Shown here one piece after another: positions 46,666 to 56,988 of a stretch of DNA of 64,000 bases. The notes under the pieces were generated by a model, which saw nothing but the letters and a program-made list of their open reading frames with translations, was not told the DNA's origin and searched no databases. Location of the stretch: positions 64,001-128,000 of the IMG/VR virus record IMGVR_UViG_3300028591_000098; one strand, 5' to 3'. The translations under genes and the position numbers were made by a program. The stretch comes from a virus. Its lineage: Duplodnaviria > Caudoviricetes. How positions within the stretch are numbered: position 1 is the stretch's first letter; the number at the start of each line of letters is the position of its first letter.

Positions 46666-47448
46666 TTATTGATTTTGAATATTCTTTAATCTTTCCTCCG
46701 TTTTAACTTCTTCATCTTTCCACTTTTTATCCCATATTTCTTTCCAATCTTCCCCATATTCTTCTTCCATTATTTCTTCAAATTCGTCTCCATAATAATC
46801 CTTTTCCCAAAACAATAATGGGTTCCTTTCTTCTATTTCTATATCAACATCATAATGATCTTTCCACCATTTCTTTACCGTTTCTGCATTTCCTGTAGGA
46901 GAACATTTCAAACAAACCGTATTTCTAAACTTTTGCTCATCAACATTAAACATATAAAAATTCTTACATGTATCTATGTCATCCATCACAATTTTTGTAA
47001 TAGCATTAGCAGCACCATTACATTGATCTTCATTATCAACCCATTTATATATTTCTTTAAGAATTAATTCTTTTAATGGTGGTACATCTTCATAACTGCG
47101 ATATCCTGGATGATGATCACCATTCTCATCTGTATAAGCATCAATATATTTATCTTTTGTTCCTCCTTCAGATAAATATTTTTCAACAACTTCTACATCT
47201 TCATTCCATTCAGAATTAATTCTATATGCTTTCATATACTTATTAAGTATATATGTAAATTCTGCATGTGACAAATAATGGCGGTCATAAATTGGACCAT
47301 CCTTTTCCTCATCAATTTTACCTGCTTTAACTTCTTCAATTATATTATCAAAATCTGCCGCTGGTTGTGCTTTTGCAAACATTTCACGAATACAATCGTC
47401 ATAAGCTTTACATAATACGTCTTCTCGTTCTAAATATTCTTTACTCAT
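46666..47448 (-). CDS. hypothetical acidic protein
   Basis: ORF track. Confidence 0.75.
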   Translation of the reverse strand: MSKEYLEREDVLCKAYDDCIREMFAKAQPAADFDNIIEEVKAGKIDEEKDGPIYDRHYLSHAEFTYILNKYMKAYRINSEWNEDVEVVEKYLSEGGTKDKYIDAYTDENGDHHPGYRSYEDVPPLKELILKEIYKWVDNEDQCNGAANAITKIVMDDIDTCKNFYMFNVDEQKFRNTVCLKCSPTGNAETVKKWWKDHYDVDIEIEERNPLLFWEKDYYGDEFEEIMEEEYGEDWKEIWDKKWKDEEVKTEERLKNIQNQ

Positions 47449-47524
47449 AATTATTTAATTAATTTATTTATAACAAAATAGAAATCTATTTTATTACAAA
47501 TTTATGATTTAAATTTTTTTAACA

Positions 47525-47797
47525 TTATCTAAAATTATTGGTTTTTAATTTGATATTATTACTTTTTGAATTTATAGAATAATCCTTATCACCAAAACAT
47601 TCTCCCTTTAATTTATCTTCAAATTCTGGGAATGCACATTCTTCCAACCAACCCTGAACATATTTTGAATATTCACTCATGACCCATTCTTTAAGAGCCG
47701 GTGTACCAACATCTTTCATGTAATTATGTATAAGACTGTATGCATTTTGCTTATCACAATCTAATTTATTATAAAATTCTTCTAAAATTGTATTCAT
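47525..47797 (-). CDS. hypothetical protein
   Basis: ORF track. Confidence 0.65.
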   Translation of the reverse strand: MNTILEEFYNKLDCDKQNAYSLIHNYMKDVGTPALKEWVMSEYSKYVQGWLEECAFPEFEDKLKGECFGDKDYSINSKSNNIKLKTNNFR

Positions 47798-47800
47798 TTA

Positions 47801-47878
47801 TTACCAAATAAAATTAACTAAAATAAAATACATTAAACCAAGTATAGCCCAGATACCTAATACCTGAGCTATTGCCAT
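47801..47878 (-). CDS. 25-aa single-helix membrane peptide
   Basis: Own translation MAIAQVLGIWAILGLMYFILVNFIW; fills the operon gap. Confidence 0.55.
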   Translation of the reverse strand: MAIAQVLGIWAILGLMYFILVNFIW

Positions 47879-47897
47879 TATATGAGTTTTATAGTTT

Positions 47898-48245
47898 TTA
47901 TTCATAAAAAACTTTCTTCATTAAATGTTCAAACTTATTCTTTGTCTTAGACTTGTAAGGATAAATTGAATGTCCATATGTACCTTCAAAAACATATCCT
48001 ATTTTTGTTGCATAATTATAGTCAATATATGTATACTTTTCACCATCGATACAAAAATACTCAGGAGTTGCATCATCAACTATAGGCTTATAATTTCCTT
48101 TTAAAATATCTGACCATTTTGTATTTTTATTTACTTTTGTTGTCAATACTACAGGATACCCATTAGAATAGTCAATAATAAAATTATTCTTTGGGTGCTT
48201 ACAAGTAAATACTTTATATTCTTTACAAATTAAAATATCTTCCAT
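47898..48245 (-). CDS. hypothetical protein
   Basis: ORF track. Confidence 0.65.
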   Translation of the reverse strand: MEDILICKEYKVFTCKHPKNNFIIDYSNGYPVVLTTKVNKNTKWSDILKGNYKPIVDDATPEYFCIDGEKYTYIDYNYATKIGYVFEGTYGHSIYPYKSKTKNKFEHLMKKVFYE

Positions 48246-48246
48246 A

Positions 48247-48855
48247 TTAACAAATTTTAGATTTTACACATTCAGCAATAAGCTTTCCATCAGCTCTCTC
48301 AAATGCCTTCTTAACTTCACCAATAACTTTACCCATTGACCTTTGTTCTACACCATTAGGATAGTACTCATTAAGATATTCTATAATGTCTTCTTTAGTG
48401 GCCTCCTTAGGTAAGAACTGTTCAATTATTTGTAATTCAAATGCTTCTTTACGAAGTATATCCTCATATCCAGGTTTGTTATAGTTGACAAGATTCTCTT
48501 TATGAGATTTTACCATCTTCTCAAGCACAGTTCTCTGAAACTGCTCAGGAAGATTATCAATTTGATAATCCATAGATTCATTGACTACAGTAACCTTAAT
48601 AATCTTACCATCTTTCTCTGCATCTTCTTGACGAGTGGTAATAAGTTTTTCTGCCAACATTACGGGGAAAACTTCCTTATTCTTTGTAATTTCCTCCATA
48701 AAAGCACCTTTAAGAATCTTATAAAGTTCAAGAGTAGTATTTAACTCAAAATACTTTTGAGTATCTTCTTTGGTTACTTCACTATTTAACATAATTTTTT
48801 TCTTAATAGGCATGTACTCCTTAGTTACTGCCTGAATCAATTCATTTATTTTCAT
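48247..48855 (-). CDS. GatB/YqeY-domain protein
   Basis: L.KMVK..KE....Y......D....E..EL.IIEQFLPK ... MGKVIGEVK....ADGK.IAECVK. Confidence 0.8.
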   Translation of the reverse strand: MKINELIQAVTKEYMPIKKKIMLNSEVTKEDTQKYFELNTTLELYKILKGAFMEEITKNKEVFPVMLAEKLITTRQEDAEKDGKIIKVTVVNESMDYQIDNLPEQFQRTVLEKMVKSHKENLVNYNKPGYEDILRKEAFELQIIEQFLPKEATKEDIIEYLNEYYPNGVEQRSMGKVIGEVKKAFERADGKLIAECVKSKIC

Positions 48856-48877
48856 ATTTAATATTTATAATTGGTTA

Positions 48878-49321
48878 TTAATCTTCTATCACAATAATTC
48901 TATATGGTTTTCTTAAAAATTCTAATTTAGTATGATCAAACCATAAATTCAATCTATCATGCTTAATTGGTTTAATTTTTACAAATTCCTTTGTAAATCC
49001 GGTAACTTCTCCTTTAACATATCCTCTAAATGAACCATCATAATAACAATCCATTATAAGTACATTATCACCTACAAATATTTCATTATCAAAAGCATCT
49101 TTAAAATTACTAACATAAATAGTTAACCACTTATTTTCGTCATAACTATATACTTCATTTGTTTTAATATACTTATTAAGCAAATGTGGTGTAGCTTTAC
49201 CTATTTTATGATCATACACAGATTTTCCAGATTCATCTGATCTGTAATTTGTTCCATGAACATGACCATACAAATAACCTTCTTTAACAAAATACAAAGG
49301 TGTTTCATCTATCATTGACAT
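48878..49321 (-). CDS. hypothetical protein
   Basis: ORF track; C-terminal domain shared with 43861..44127. Confidence 0.7.
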   Translation of the reverse strand: MSMIDETPLYFVKEGYLYGHVHGTNYRSDESGKSVYDHKIGKATPHLLNKYIKTNEVYSYDENKWLTIYVSNFKDAFDNEIFVGDNVLIMDCYYDGSFRGYVKGEVTGFTKEFVKIKPIKHDRLNLWFDHTKLEFLRKPYRIIVIED

Positions 49322-49323
49322 AA

Positions 49324-50061
49324 TTACTTAATATAATTTTTTATAAATTCTTTTGATTCTTTAGAAAAATTACATTTATCACTTATAGCCCATTTTAAAT
49401 ATTGTTGATCAACTTGTGATATAAATTCTAATGATAAGCTTTTATACTTACCTAACGTCATACAAGGTTTTACTTCTCCTCTAAATTCTTGATCTGTTAT
49501 AACATTATCCGGTCCATACATTTTTTCTGGTCCGTAAGGAGATATTTTTTGTTGGGCTACAAATATTGAATATGTAGCTTTAACATCTGATAATGCGTCA
49601 TGGGCAGTTAAACCAGATTCTATCATAGTTTTTCCTTTATAACGTTTATAAGTATTTTCCAAACTAATGCCATTTCTACGTTTTTCTTCCAAGAATGCAT
49701 CATAAACTGGACGATCCATTATGTTTAAATCAAATCCATATCTGTGTAATTCTTCTAATAGAAATGCAATATCGAAAGAATTTCCATTATAAGTTAATAT
49801 TGCACAATCATCTATAAAATCTATTAATTCTTGTGCAATATCTTTAAAATGAGGTTTATCTTTTAAAAAATCTGGAGTAAGTCCGTGTTTAAAATAAGCA
49901 CCATAACCAATAGTATAATTACCAATTGGTTGTACATATTTATTAAATTCTCCAAGTATTTCGTTTGTATCGGTATTTACCTTTAATGCACTAATTTGTA
50001 TAATTTGATCTTTTGTGCGATCTAACCCTGTAGTTTCTAAATCAAATATTACTAATTTCAT
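49324..50061 (-). CDS. DEDDh 3'-5' exonuclease (DNA polymerase III epsilon-like)
   Basis: FDLETTGL, YNGNSFD, AHDALSDV; C-terminal GKYK...YLKW. Confidence 0.9.
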   Translation of the reverse strand: MKLVIFDLETTGLDRTKDQIIQISALKVNTDTNEILGEFNKYVQPIGNYTIGYGAYFKHGLTPDFLKDKPHFKDIAQELIDFIDDCAILTYNGNSFDIAFLLEELHRYGFDLNIMDRPVYDAFLEEKRRNGISLENTYKRYKGKTMIESGLTAHDALSDVKATYSIFVAQQKISPYGPEKMYGPDNVITDQEFRGEVKPCMTLGKYKSLSLEFISQVDQQYLKWAISDKCNFSKESKEFIKNYIK

Positions 50062-50093
50062 TCGTTAATTTATTTAAGTTTAATTATAGATTT

Positions 50094-50123
50094 AATATAG
50101 AATGTAAATGTTTAATGTTCAAA
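50094..50123 (-). promoter_or_regulatory. candidate early promoter
   Basis: TTTGAAC-17 nt-TATATT upstream of 50061. Confidence 0.6.
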
Positions 50124-50185
50124 TACAGTTTATTTTTACAATTTTTGTTATTTTTAAATAAATGAATGTAAATTGATATTTATAG

Positions 50186-51880
50186 ATGAAACGCAAAACT
50201 AATCTTTTTTATACAGAAGGTCCTGATAGTAAATTTTTAACATTTAGTAACTATACAGAATCATTAACAGGTAATTTTTTAAGTACAGATACAAAATTAT
50301 ATCCTTCAGTGTTTTTATGTTTAAATGTTAATATTAATAAAGATAATAAAAAGAATTTTATAAATAATTATCTTACAGGATATTATGAAAATAAGTTAGC
50401 TGCATTAAGAGATTATTTTATCGAAAATAATAAAAAACCTGAGGATTATATGTCACCATTAGGTTATTTATTAGATACTATTAAAAAATTCGATTCAAAT
50501 TTTACAATTACATATGTAGGAGATATTACAGAACAGGATTATAATGGAACATATACTGATACTATATGTACAATAAGTTTTGCTAATTATTATAAAGGTA
50601 CATATTCGGCAGAAACACAAAGTGAATTAGATGATAATTATATTGATTATTCAGAAAATTCATTATATGGTTGGAAAGAAAATGAATTAGTAATGATACA
50701 AATAAATGACAATGAAATTATATGCAAATATCAAGGTAATGGTAATATACCTGTTAATTTATATCAAGATCTTCCTAATTTGGAATATATAAAAATAGAT
50801 AATAATTTATATAATATTAATAGTTCTAATAATCCATTTTATAAAGATAATGATGATAATGATAGATGTTATTGTATATTTAATGATTATAATAATCATA
50901 TAGTAAGATATATATTTAATAATAATGTAAATTCAATTGCCAGTGATGCATTTTATGAATCTCAACTTATTTCTATTATATTACCTACCTCAGTAACTTT
51001 AATTGGTCAAAATGCATTTAAAAATTGTATAAATCTTATTTCAATAACATGTAATACAATGACTGCACCAATTTTTGAATCTGGTCCTAATACATTTGGT
51101 AATATACAAAATAATGGTATTTTATATATACATGAAAATGCTATAGGATATAATACATGGATGGAACAATTAAGTAATGGTTGGAAAGAAAAAACTATGA
51201 AAGAAAAAATTCAACTTAATTTTGATAAAGAATATAATAAATATTGTATTAAATCAAATATTAATAAATTAAAAATAGAAAAAAATACAAATGATAATCC
51301 AATAAATTTTAATATTGTAATTCCGTTATTTGATGTTACAAATATTAATTATCATACTCAACATTATATAAATGAAAATAATGAAATTAATACATCTAAT
51401 GAAACAATTGAAATTGATTTAAATAATGTTACAAGTAATGATTTATATAGAAAATATGTTCCACTTGGTATATGGTTTGCTGATGAAATAATAACACTTA
51501 AAAAAGATTCTAATAATATATTTTCACAATCATGGTCATTATTAATTAGTTCACAATTCAAACCATTCCCTTATTCAAATGCAAATGTAAATACAATTAA
51601 TGAAAATTCTGTATCAAATGCATATCCAACGTTTGCAATGGTATTATCAAGACAAAACGATATATTGAATAAGTTTAATGAAATAAATAAACAATTAAAA
51701 AACCAACAAGAAATAATAAAAAACATAAAAATAGATCTAAATAATACTTCATCAGTAAGTATTGATAAATTAAATTCAAAAATTATTAATATTGAAAAAA
51801 ATGTGAATGAAAGAATTGATAACTTACAAAATACAATGAAAGAATTCATGAATAATTTCATATGGAATACTTCACGATAA
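50186..51880 (+). CDS. putative virion structural protein with an inserted BspA-type LRR module
   Basis: LISIILPTSVTLIGQNAFKNCINLISITC...AP; C-terminal coiled coil. Confidence 0.65.
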   Translation: MKRKTNLFYTEGPDSKFLTFSNYTESLTGNFLSTDTKLYPSVFLCLNVNINKDNKKNFINNYLTGYYENKLAALRDYFIENNKKPEDYMSPLGYLLDTIKKFDSNFTITYVGDITEQDYNGTYTDTICTISFANYYKGTYSAETQSELDDNYIDYSENSLYGWKENELVMIQINDNEIICKYQGNGNIPVNLYQDLPNLEYIKIDNNLYNINSSNNPFYKDNDDNDRCYCIFNDYNNHIVRYIFNNNVNSIASDAFYESQLISIILPTSVTLIGQNAFKNCINLISITCNTMTAPIFESGPNTFGNIQNNGILYIHENAIGYNTWMEQLSNGWKEKTMKEKIQLNFDKEYNKYCIKSNINKLKIEKNTNDNPINFNIVIPLFDVTNINYHTQHYINENNEINTSNETIEIDLNNVTSNDLYRKYVPLGIWFADEIITLKKDSNNIFSQSWSLLISSQFKPFPYSNANVNTINENSVSNAYPTFAMVLSRQNDILNKFNEINKQLKNQQEIIKNIKIDLNNTSSVSIDKLNSKIINIEKNVNERIDNLQNTMKEFMNNFIWNTSR

Positions 51881-51899
51881 ATAATATATAAAAAAGTTT

Positions 51900-54800
51900 A
51901 TGAAAGAAAGTACTATAAAAGAATTATATATAAAATTACAAGAATTATATAGTAATATATTAAATGTATTAACAGCTATTAATCAAAGTTTTCAAACTAC
52001 ATCATCGGAAATTACTGTTAATATAATGGATAGTGATGATATACAACAAACATTACGTATTCCATCATTTTTATATTTAGAAAGTAAAATTGAACAAATT
52101 GATAGTAATTTAAATAATTTGTTTAATATGCCTAAATCTGGTGAAGCCTGGTTTAGTAAATCATCAGATATGTATAAATTAGAATTGGTTAAATCAAATA
52201 ATGCGCCAGTTTCACCTAAATTATCTGATGATAAATTATATGCATATTCTAAAGATACATATATATTTAAAGATTTAGTTAATCCAAAAACTTATTTAAA
52301 ATTAGGAATTGATAACTTACCTGATAACATTCAAAAAATGTTTGTTAAAAAGATGGTATTTTATAATGCAGATACATATTCTAAAATTTTAAGCAGTGGA
52401 TATACTAAATATGATGAGATTAAAGCATTATTATATAATTTAAATGAAGGAATTGATTATGAAGAATATGATTCTGTAATTGATTTACCAATTAAACATG
52501 ATGAATATGTTTCTGATTTTAAAATTTTAGATATACCACAAGGAGAACAAGAAAATCCATATTTTAATACAGAAAGTGAAAATAATAATAATTTAATATA
52601 TAAAGTTATATTAGATACATTAATTTATTCTCCCGAAGAAGATACAGCAATAGAATATACATTACAACCTGGACAATATCTATGTTTAGATAATGAGTAT
52701 GTTATTTATAAAGTACTTTCAATAAATACAATTATTAATAACAATAATGAAAATATTAAACAACATGAGGTTACATTAGAAGAAATATCTGGGCATATAG
52801 CTTTACAAAAGTATGAAGAAAATTCATCAATGATATTGCATATTTATAATAAAGATTATTCTAAATATCATTATGTTGAATTACCTCTTGAAGAAAATCC
52901 TTTTGTTGCATTCTTTGTAAGTACAATATATAATAATACTCGTAGTGTATTATCAGATGCATTATTATTGAATCTTAATAATATATTAATGGTTAATTCT
53001 GATGGTACACCAATGTTGGTAAATGGTAAGGAAATTTCATATATAGATTATTACAATCATTTTTGTTCAAATGTTGGAGATATGCTTTTAGGTATATCTA
53101 ATATTGCGTATTCACAAATGAGCAATTACAGTAATGAACAAATTAATGAATTGTTAAATAGTGATGCTATACAAAGTCATGTATCGATGACTATTAATGA
53201 TGAATTGTTTAAAGTTCAACGTATTAATGCTCACTTAATTAATGATGAATATTCTACAAAGATAATTAATTTACATACTAAACGTAATGAGTTAACTTCA
53301 GATATTAATTCTTTACAAGCAAATATAGATACAATATATAATCAATTGGTAACTACAGATTTCGCATCTGATGTAACGCAAACTCAATTATCATTAAAAA
53401 ACCAATTAGATAATTTATATAGTCAACGTATACTTCTTCAAAAGGAATTAATTTCTATTGTTGACAATATTAATTCATTAAAAATATATGTATCAGGTTT
53501 AAGTGACTCAAAATATAGAGTTAGGGGTACAACATCAGTAAGTGAATTGGAATCATTTATTGATGAATTATATCCTAAATGTAAAATTATTAAGATGGAA
53601 GTTGAATATAAATATAAGTCAACAAATCTTGATACAACACAAGTTCAAAATATAAATTCTAATATATTTACAGATTGGAATAAACTTGATACAATAGTTC
53701 GTGAAAGAAAACCTAAATTTAATAATATAAATAATTCTTATACTATCGAATTTGAAAATTATGATAATATAGATAATATAATTAAATGGAATCAAATTGA
53801 TATACCTATTACATCTGGTGAAGATGTTGTAATTCGTGTTCGTTATTTATATTCAATAGGACAACCATTTATTAACTTATATTCGCCATGGTCTAATGAA
53901 ATAACTGTTGCATTTCCAGTAGAATTATCAGATAGTTCAGAAATATCTTCAATTATGGCACAAAATAAAGAAGATGAAATTGATGCACGTTTCAATAAGA
54001 CTTTATTAAATGATGGTTATCAAGAACATATAGCAAATAAAATTATTGATAATTCTCAGGTATATTTCCATATGCCAGAAAACATATATTCTGGATTTAA
54101 TACTCCTGAAAATAAATTCATTAACCTTAAAGATAAATTACAAGAATTAACTAATGAAATTAATAGTTATAAAGATTTAATATTAGGAGATGCTACATCA
54201 TCATATTCTTTATATCTGGTATTTGATAATAAACAAATTGAATTATTTTCAGAATCAACTAATGATATTACAATTAATGAAAATGCACTTATTTCATCAG
54301 ATACAATCATAACTAAAAATATGAAATTAGTGTTAAAGAATACTGGTTCAGAACCATTAAAATTATATAGTTTATTCCCAGGTAATAAAAGTAAATGTCT
54401 TATACAATTAGATGATCAATATGCTCGTACATATGAAAGTATGAATTATGAAAGAGTACCTATATTACTTGAAACTGATGGTCCTGAAAATTTACGAGTT
54501 AATGATACAGTAAGATGGCAAACATTAGGACAATGGATTTACTTTAGACAAAATTCAGTATTTAATACTACATCATACTATATAGATAATAAATATGATT
54601 ATATAGATACATTAATTCAAAATGTTAATGAGGAAAAAACTTCATTTAATATAGAAAATAAATATAAATTAGAAGATTATATTAGTACTATTCAACAACC
54701 ATTATTACCAAATAGATTAAGATATTGGGATATTCTTGGTGGTTATAATTTAAATGGTATCATATATAATAATTCATATATTTATAGTGGCGGAAATTAT

Positions 54801-55367
54801 AATATTTTACCAACACAAAATTTAACAAATACAAATGAATTAAATAAATATTATTCAAAAATTGATAATGCAAATAATGATTTCAAATATATAGATAGTG
54901 AAGATAATAATTTCATATTAAGATATGAACATATTTGGGGTAAAAATACATCGAATAAAAATATACAAATACGAGATAATTATTCTATTACTGAATTATT
55001 AGAAAATAATACATTTGAAATAAAAACAAATAATGAAACTAATCGTTTAAAGTCAACAGATATTATTGGTGGATTTTTAATACCTACTTTAACATCAGAA
55101 AATCAAATAATGTGTAATGAAAATAATAATAGTTGTATTACATTAGCTGTTAGTGATTCATTAACTATTCCTATAACATTCCAATATTATTTAGGTAATG
55201 GTAATAATAATGATGATGAAAACAATAAAAATACTAAAGTTGAAAAATATTTAAGTTTCGATATTAAAAAATCATTATTGCAAAATCCGAAAAACTATGT
55301 TATTCATTTAATTGCTAACTATAATGTTAATTCTGATATTAATATTTCAACAGTTTCTTCAAATTAA
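51900..55367 (+). CDS. large putative virion (baseplate/tail) protein
   Basis: 1155 aa; coiled coils; fibronectin-III-like IRVRY...SPWSN segment; structural operon context. Confidence 0.55.
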   Translation: MKESTIKELYIKLQELYSNILNVLTAINQSFQTTSSEITVNIMDSDDIQQTLRIPSFLYLESKIEQIDSNLNNLFNMPKSGEAWFSKSSDMYKLELVKSNNAPVSPKLSDDKLYAYSKDTYIFKDLVNPKTYLKLGIDNLPDNIQKMFVKKMVFYNADTYSKILSSGYTKYDEIKALLYNLNEGIDYEEYDSVIDLPIKHDEYVSDFKILDIPQGEQENPYFNTESENNNNLIYKVILDTLIYSPEEDTAIEYTLQPGQYLCLDNEYVIYKVLSINTIINNNNENIKQHEVTLEEISGHIALQKYEENSSMILHIYNKDYSKYHYVELPLEENPFVAFFVSTIYNNTRSVLSDALLLNLNNILMVNSDGTPMLVNGKEISYIDYYNHFCSNVGDMLLGISNIAYSQMSNYSNEQINELLNSDAIQSHVSMTINDELFKVQRINAHLINDEYSTKIINLHTKRNELTSDINSLQANIDTIYNQLVTTDFASDVTQTQLSLKNQLDNLYSQRILLQKELISIVDNINSLKIYVSGLSDSKYRVRGTTSVSELESFIDELYPKCKIIKMEVEYKYKSTNLDTTQVQNINSNIFTDWNKLDTIVRERKPKFNNINNSYTIEFENYDNIDNIIKWNQIDIPITSGEDVVIRVRYLYSIGQPFINLYSPWSNEITVAFPVELSDSSEISSIMAQNKEDEIDARFNKTLLNDGYQEHIANKIIDNSQVYFHMPENIYSGFNTPENKFINLKDKLQELTNEINSYKDLILGDATSSYSLYLVFDNKQIELFSESTNDITINENALISSDTIITKNMKLVLKNTGSEPLKLYSLFPGNKSKCLIQLDDQYARTYESMNYERVPILLETDGPENLRVNDTVRWQTLGQWIYFRQNSVFNTTSYYIDNKYDYIDTLIQNVNEEKTSFNIENKYKLEDYISTIQQPLLPNRLRYWDILGGYNLNGIIYNNSYIYSGGNYNILPTQNLTNTNELNKYYSKIDNANNDFKYIDSEDNNFILRYEHIWGKNTSNKNIQIRDNYSITELLENNTFEIKTNNETNRLKSTDIIGGFLIPTLTSENQIMCNENNNSCITLAVSDSLTIPITFQYYLGNGNNNDDENNKNTKVEKYLSFDIKKSLLQNPKNYVIHLIANYNVNSDINISTVSSN

Positions 55368-55387
55368 AATATAAATAATTAAATATT

Positions 55388-56878
55388 ATGGATAATAAAT
55401 TATTAAAACTTAATAATGAATATGTAAAATTGTATATTACAACAAATAAAAATTTACCTGAATTATTAAAAAACTCAGGTTCATTAATAGTGTATCATGA
55501 TAAAACTTCGGATATTATTGGTACTAATTATTTATATTTAGGTAATGAAGTGTTGGCTAGTGGATGGGGATTTAATACTAAACAACAAAAAAATAAGATA
55601 ATTAATTATTTAGACGAATTACCAACAAAGATAACCACTATTCAAGAAGACTTAGATAATATTAAAAAAGGTATAACTAGTAATGAAAATTTATATATAA
55701 CAAAAAATTCTGATTTAGGTAACTATAAAGATTTATATATATCTAAAAATTATTTTCCATCAAATATAATTAATGGAAATAATAACGATAACAATAATAT
55801 TAAAATAAAGGATTTACCTCAATTATTAAATAAAGCTACATATAAAGAAGAAGAAATTACTAGTGTAGAATATTCTATAGAAAATATTAATGGTACTAAA
55901 ATTAATTTTAAAAAGGATGATTTAAATAAATATTTTTATGTACCTTATAATAGTGATATAAAATTTAAAATTACAATTAACTATAAAACTAATGATACAG
56001 GTGGTGCAGTCAAAAATATTAAGTTTAATGATGAAAATTTAATATCTGAAATCCCCGATAATACTAATGGAGATGAATATACATTAATTATAACAAAAGA
56101 TTTATATAATATTAATGAAATAATTGATCCAGATATTTATATTACATTTAAAGAAACACCATCAGAAAAATATAAATTTTATAATAAATTAAATAAAGAA
56201 ACTGAATCTTCAATCGATAATACTTTATATTCTATTGAAAACATTATTCCAGAACATACAGTAAGAATTAATAATTTATTTGAGAGATATAAAATTATTC
56301 CTACATATGAAATTTGTTATAGTACAACATTATTAGAAAATAGTTTTGTTAATAATATACCCGATTATGATCAACAATGGACATATATAGGAAATTTACA
56401 AAATTTTAATATGCCTTCATTAAATAATTTTAAAAAAGTATTGATAATTAATGAAAATAACATAACATTTAATCTCGAAATAAAAAATGACAGATATTTA
56501 TTAATATTTATGATTCCTACATTATATAATATAAATAAAATAATGTTATGTTCATCAGATAATAAAATCAAAAAAAATATATTGGGTGAATTTAAAATTT
56601 TATATAATTATAATTTTAGTAATATTATTTATACAATACTAGATTTTGATGATAATAATTATTATTTGAAATTTGAACTTTCAAAAAATAATATAAATAA
56701 TGAAACTACCATTAAAGCTACTAATGCATTATCTGGAATTAATTTATTAGATACGAATATTATTAATAACACATATTATTTAACTAATGATGATTTTGAT
56801 GGTTCACATTGGTATAATGGACCTGAAAATAATTATATATTAAATGAGGTTATTCCTAATATTTTATTACATATCTAA
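55388..56878 (+). CDS. putative virion structural protein
   Basis: ORF track; Asn-rich; operon context. Confidence 0.55.
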   Translation: MDNKLLKLNNEYVKLYITTNKNLPELLKNSGSLIVYHDKTSDIIGTNYLYLGNEVLASGWGFNTKQQKNKIINYLDELPTKITTIQEDLDNIKKGITSNENLYITKNSDLGNYKDLYISKNYFPSNIINGNNNDNNNIKIKDLPQLLNKATYKEEEITSVEYSIENINGTKINFKKDDLNKYFYVPYNSDIKFKITINYKTNDTGGAVKNIKFNDENLISEIPDNTNGDEYTLIITKDLYNINEIIDPDIYITFKETPSEKYKFYNKLNKETESSIDNTLYSIENIIPEHTVRINNLFERYKIIPTYEICYSTTLLENSFVNNIPDYDQQWTYIGNLQNFNMPSLNNFKKVLIINENNITFNLEIKNDRYLLIFMIPTLYNINKIMLCSSDNKIKKNILGEFKILYNYNFSNIIYTILDFDDNNYYLKFELSKNNINNETTIKATNALSGINLLDTNIINNTYYLTNDDFDGSHWYNGPENNYILNEVIPNILLHI

Positions 56879-56988
56879 ATAAAGAACAAAATAATTTAAC
56901 TATGAATAATTATAAAAATAAAATCAAAAATAGATTTTATTCTATAAATAGTGAAGCATTATTACAAACATTATAATTGTAAATTATT

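Noticed and set aside
56943-56950. T4 late promoter TATAAATA (also at 37480 and 55370)
   Set aside because: This 8-mer is expected many times by chance at this AT content and is absent from most structural operon heads.
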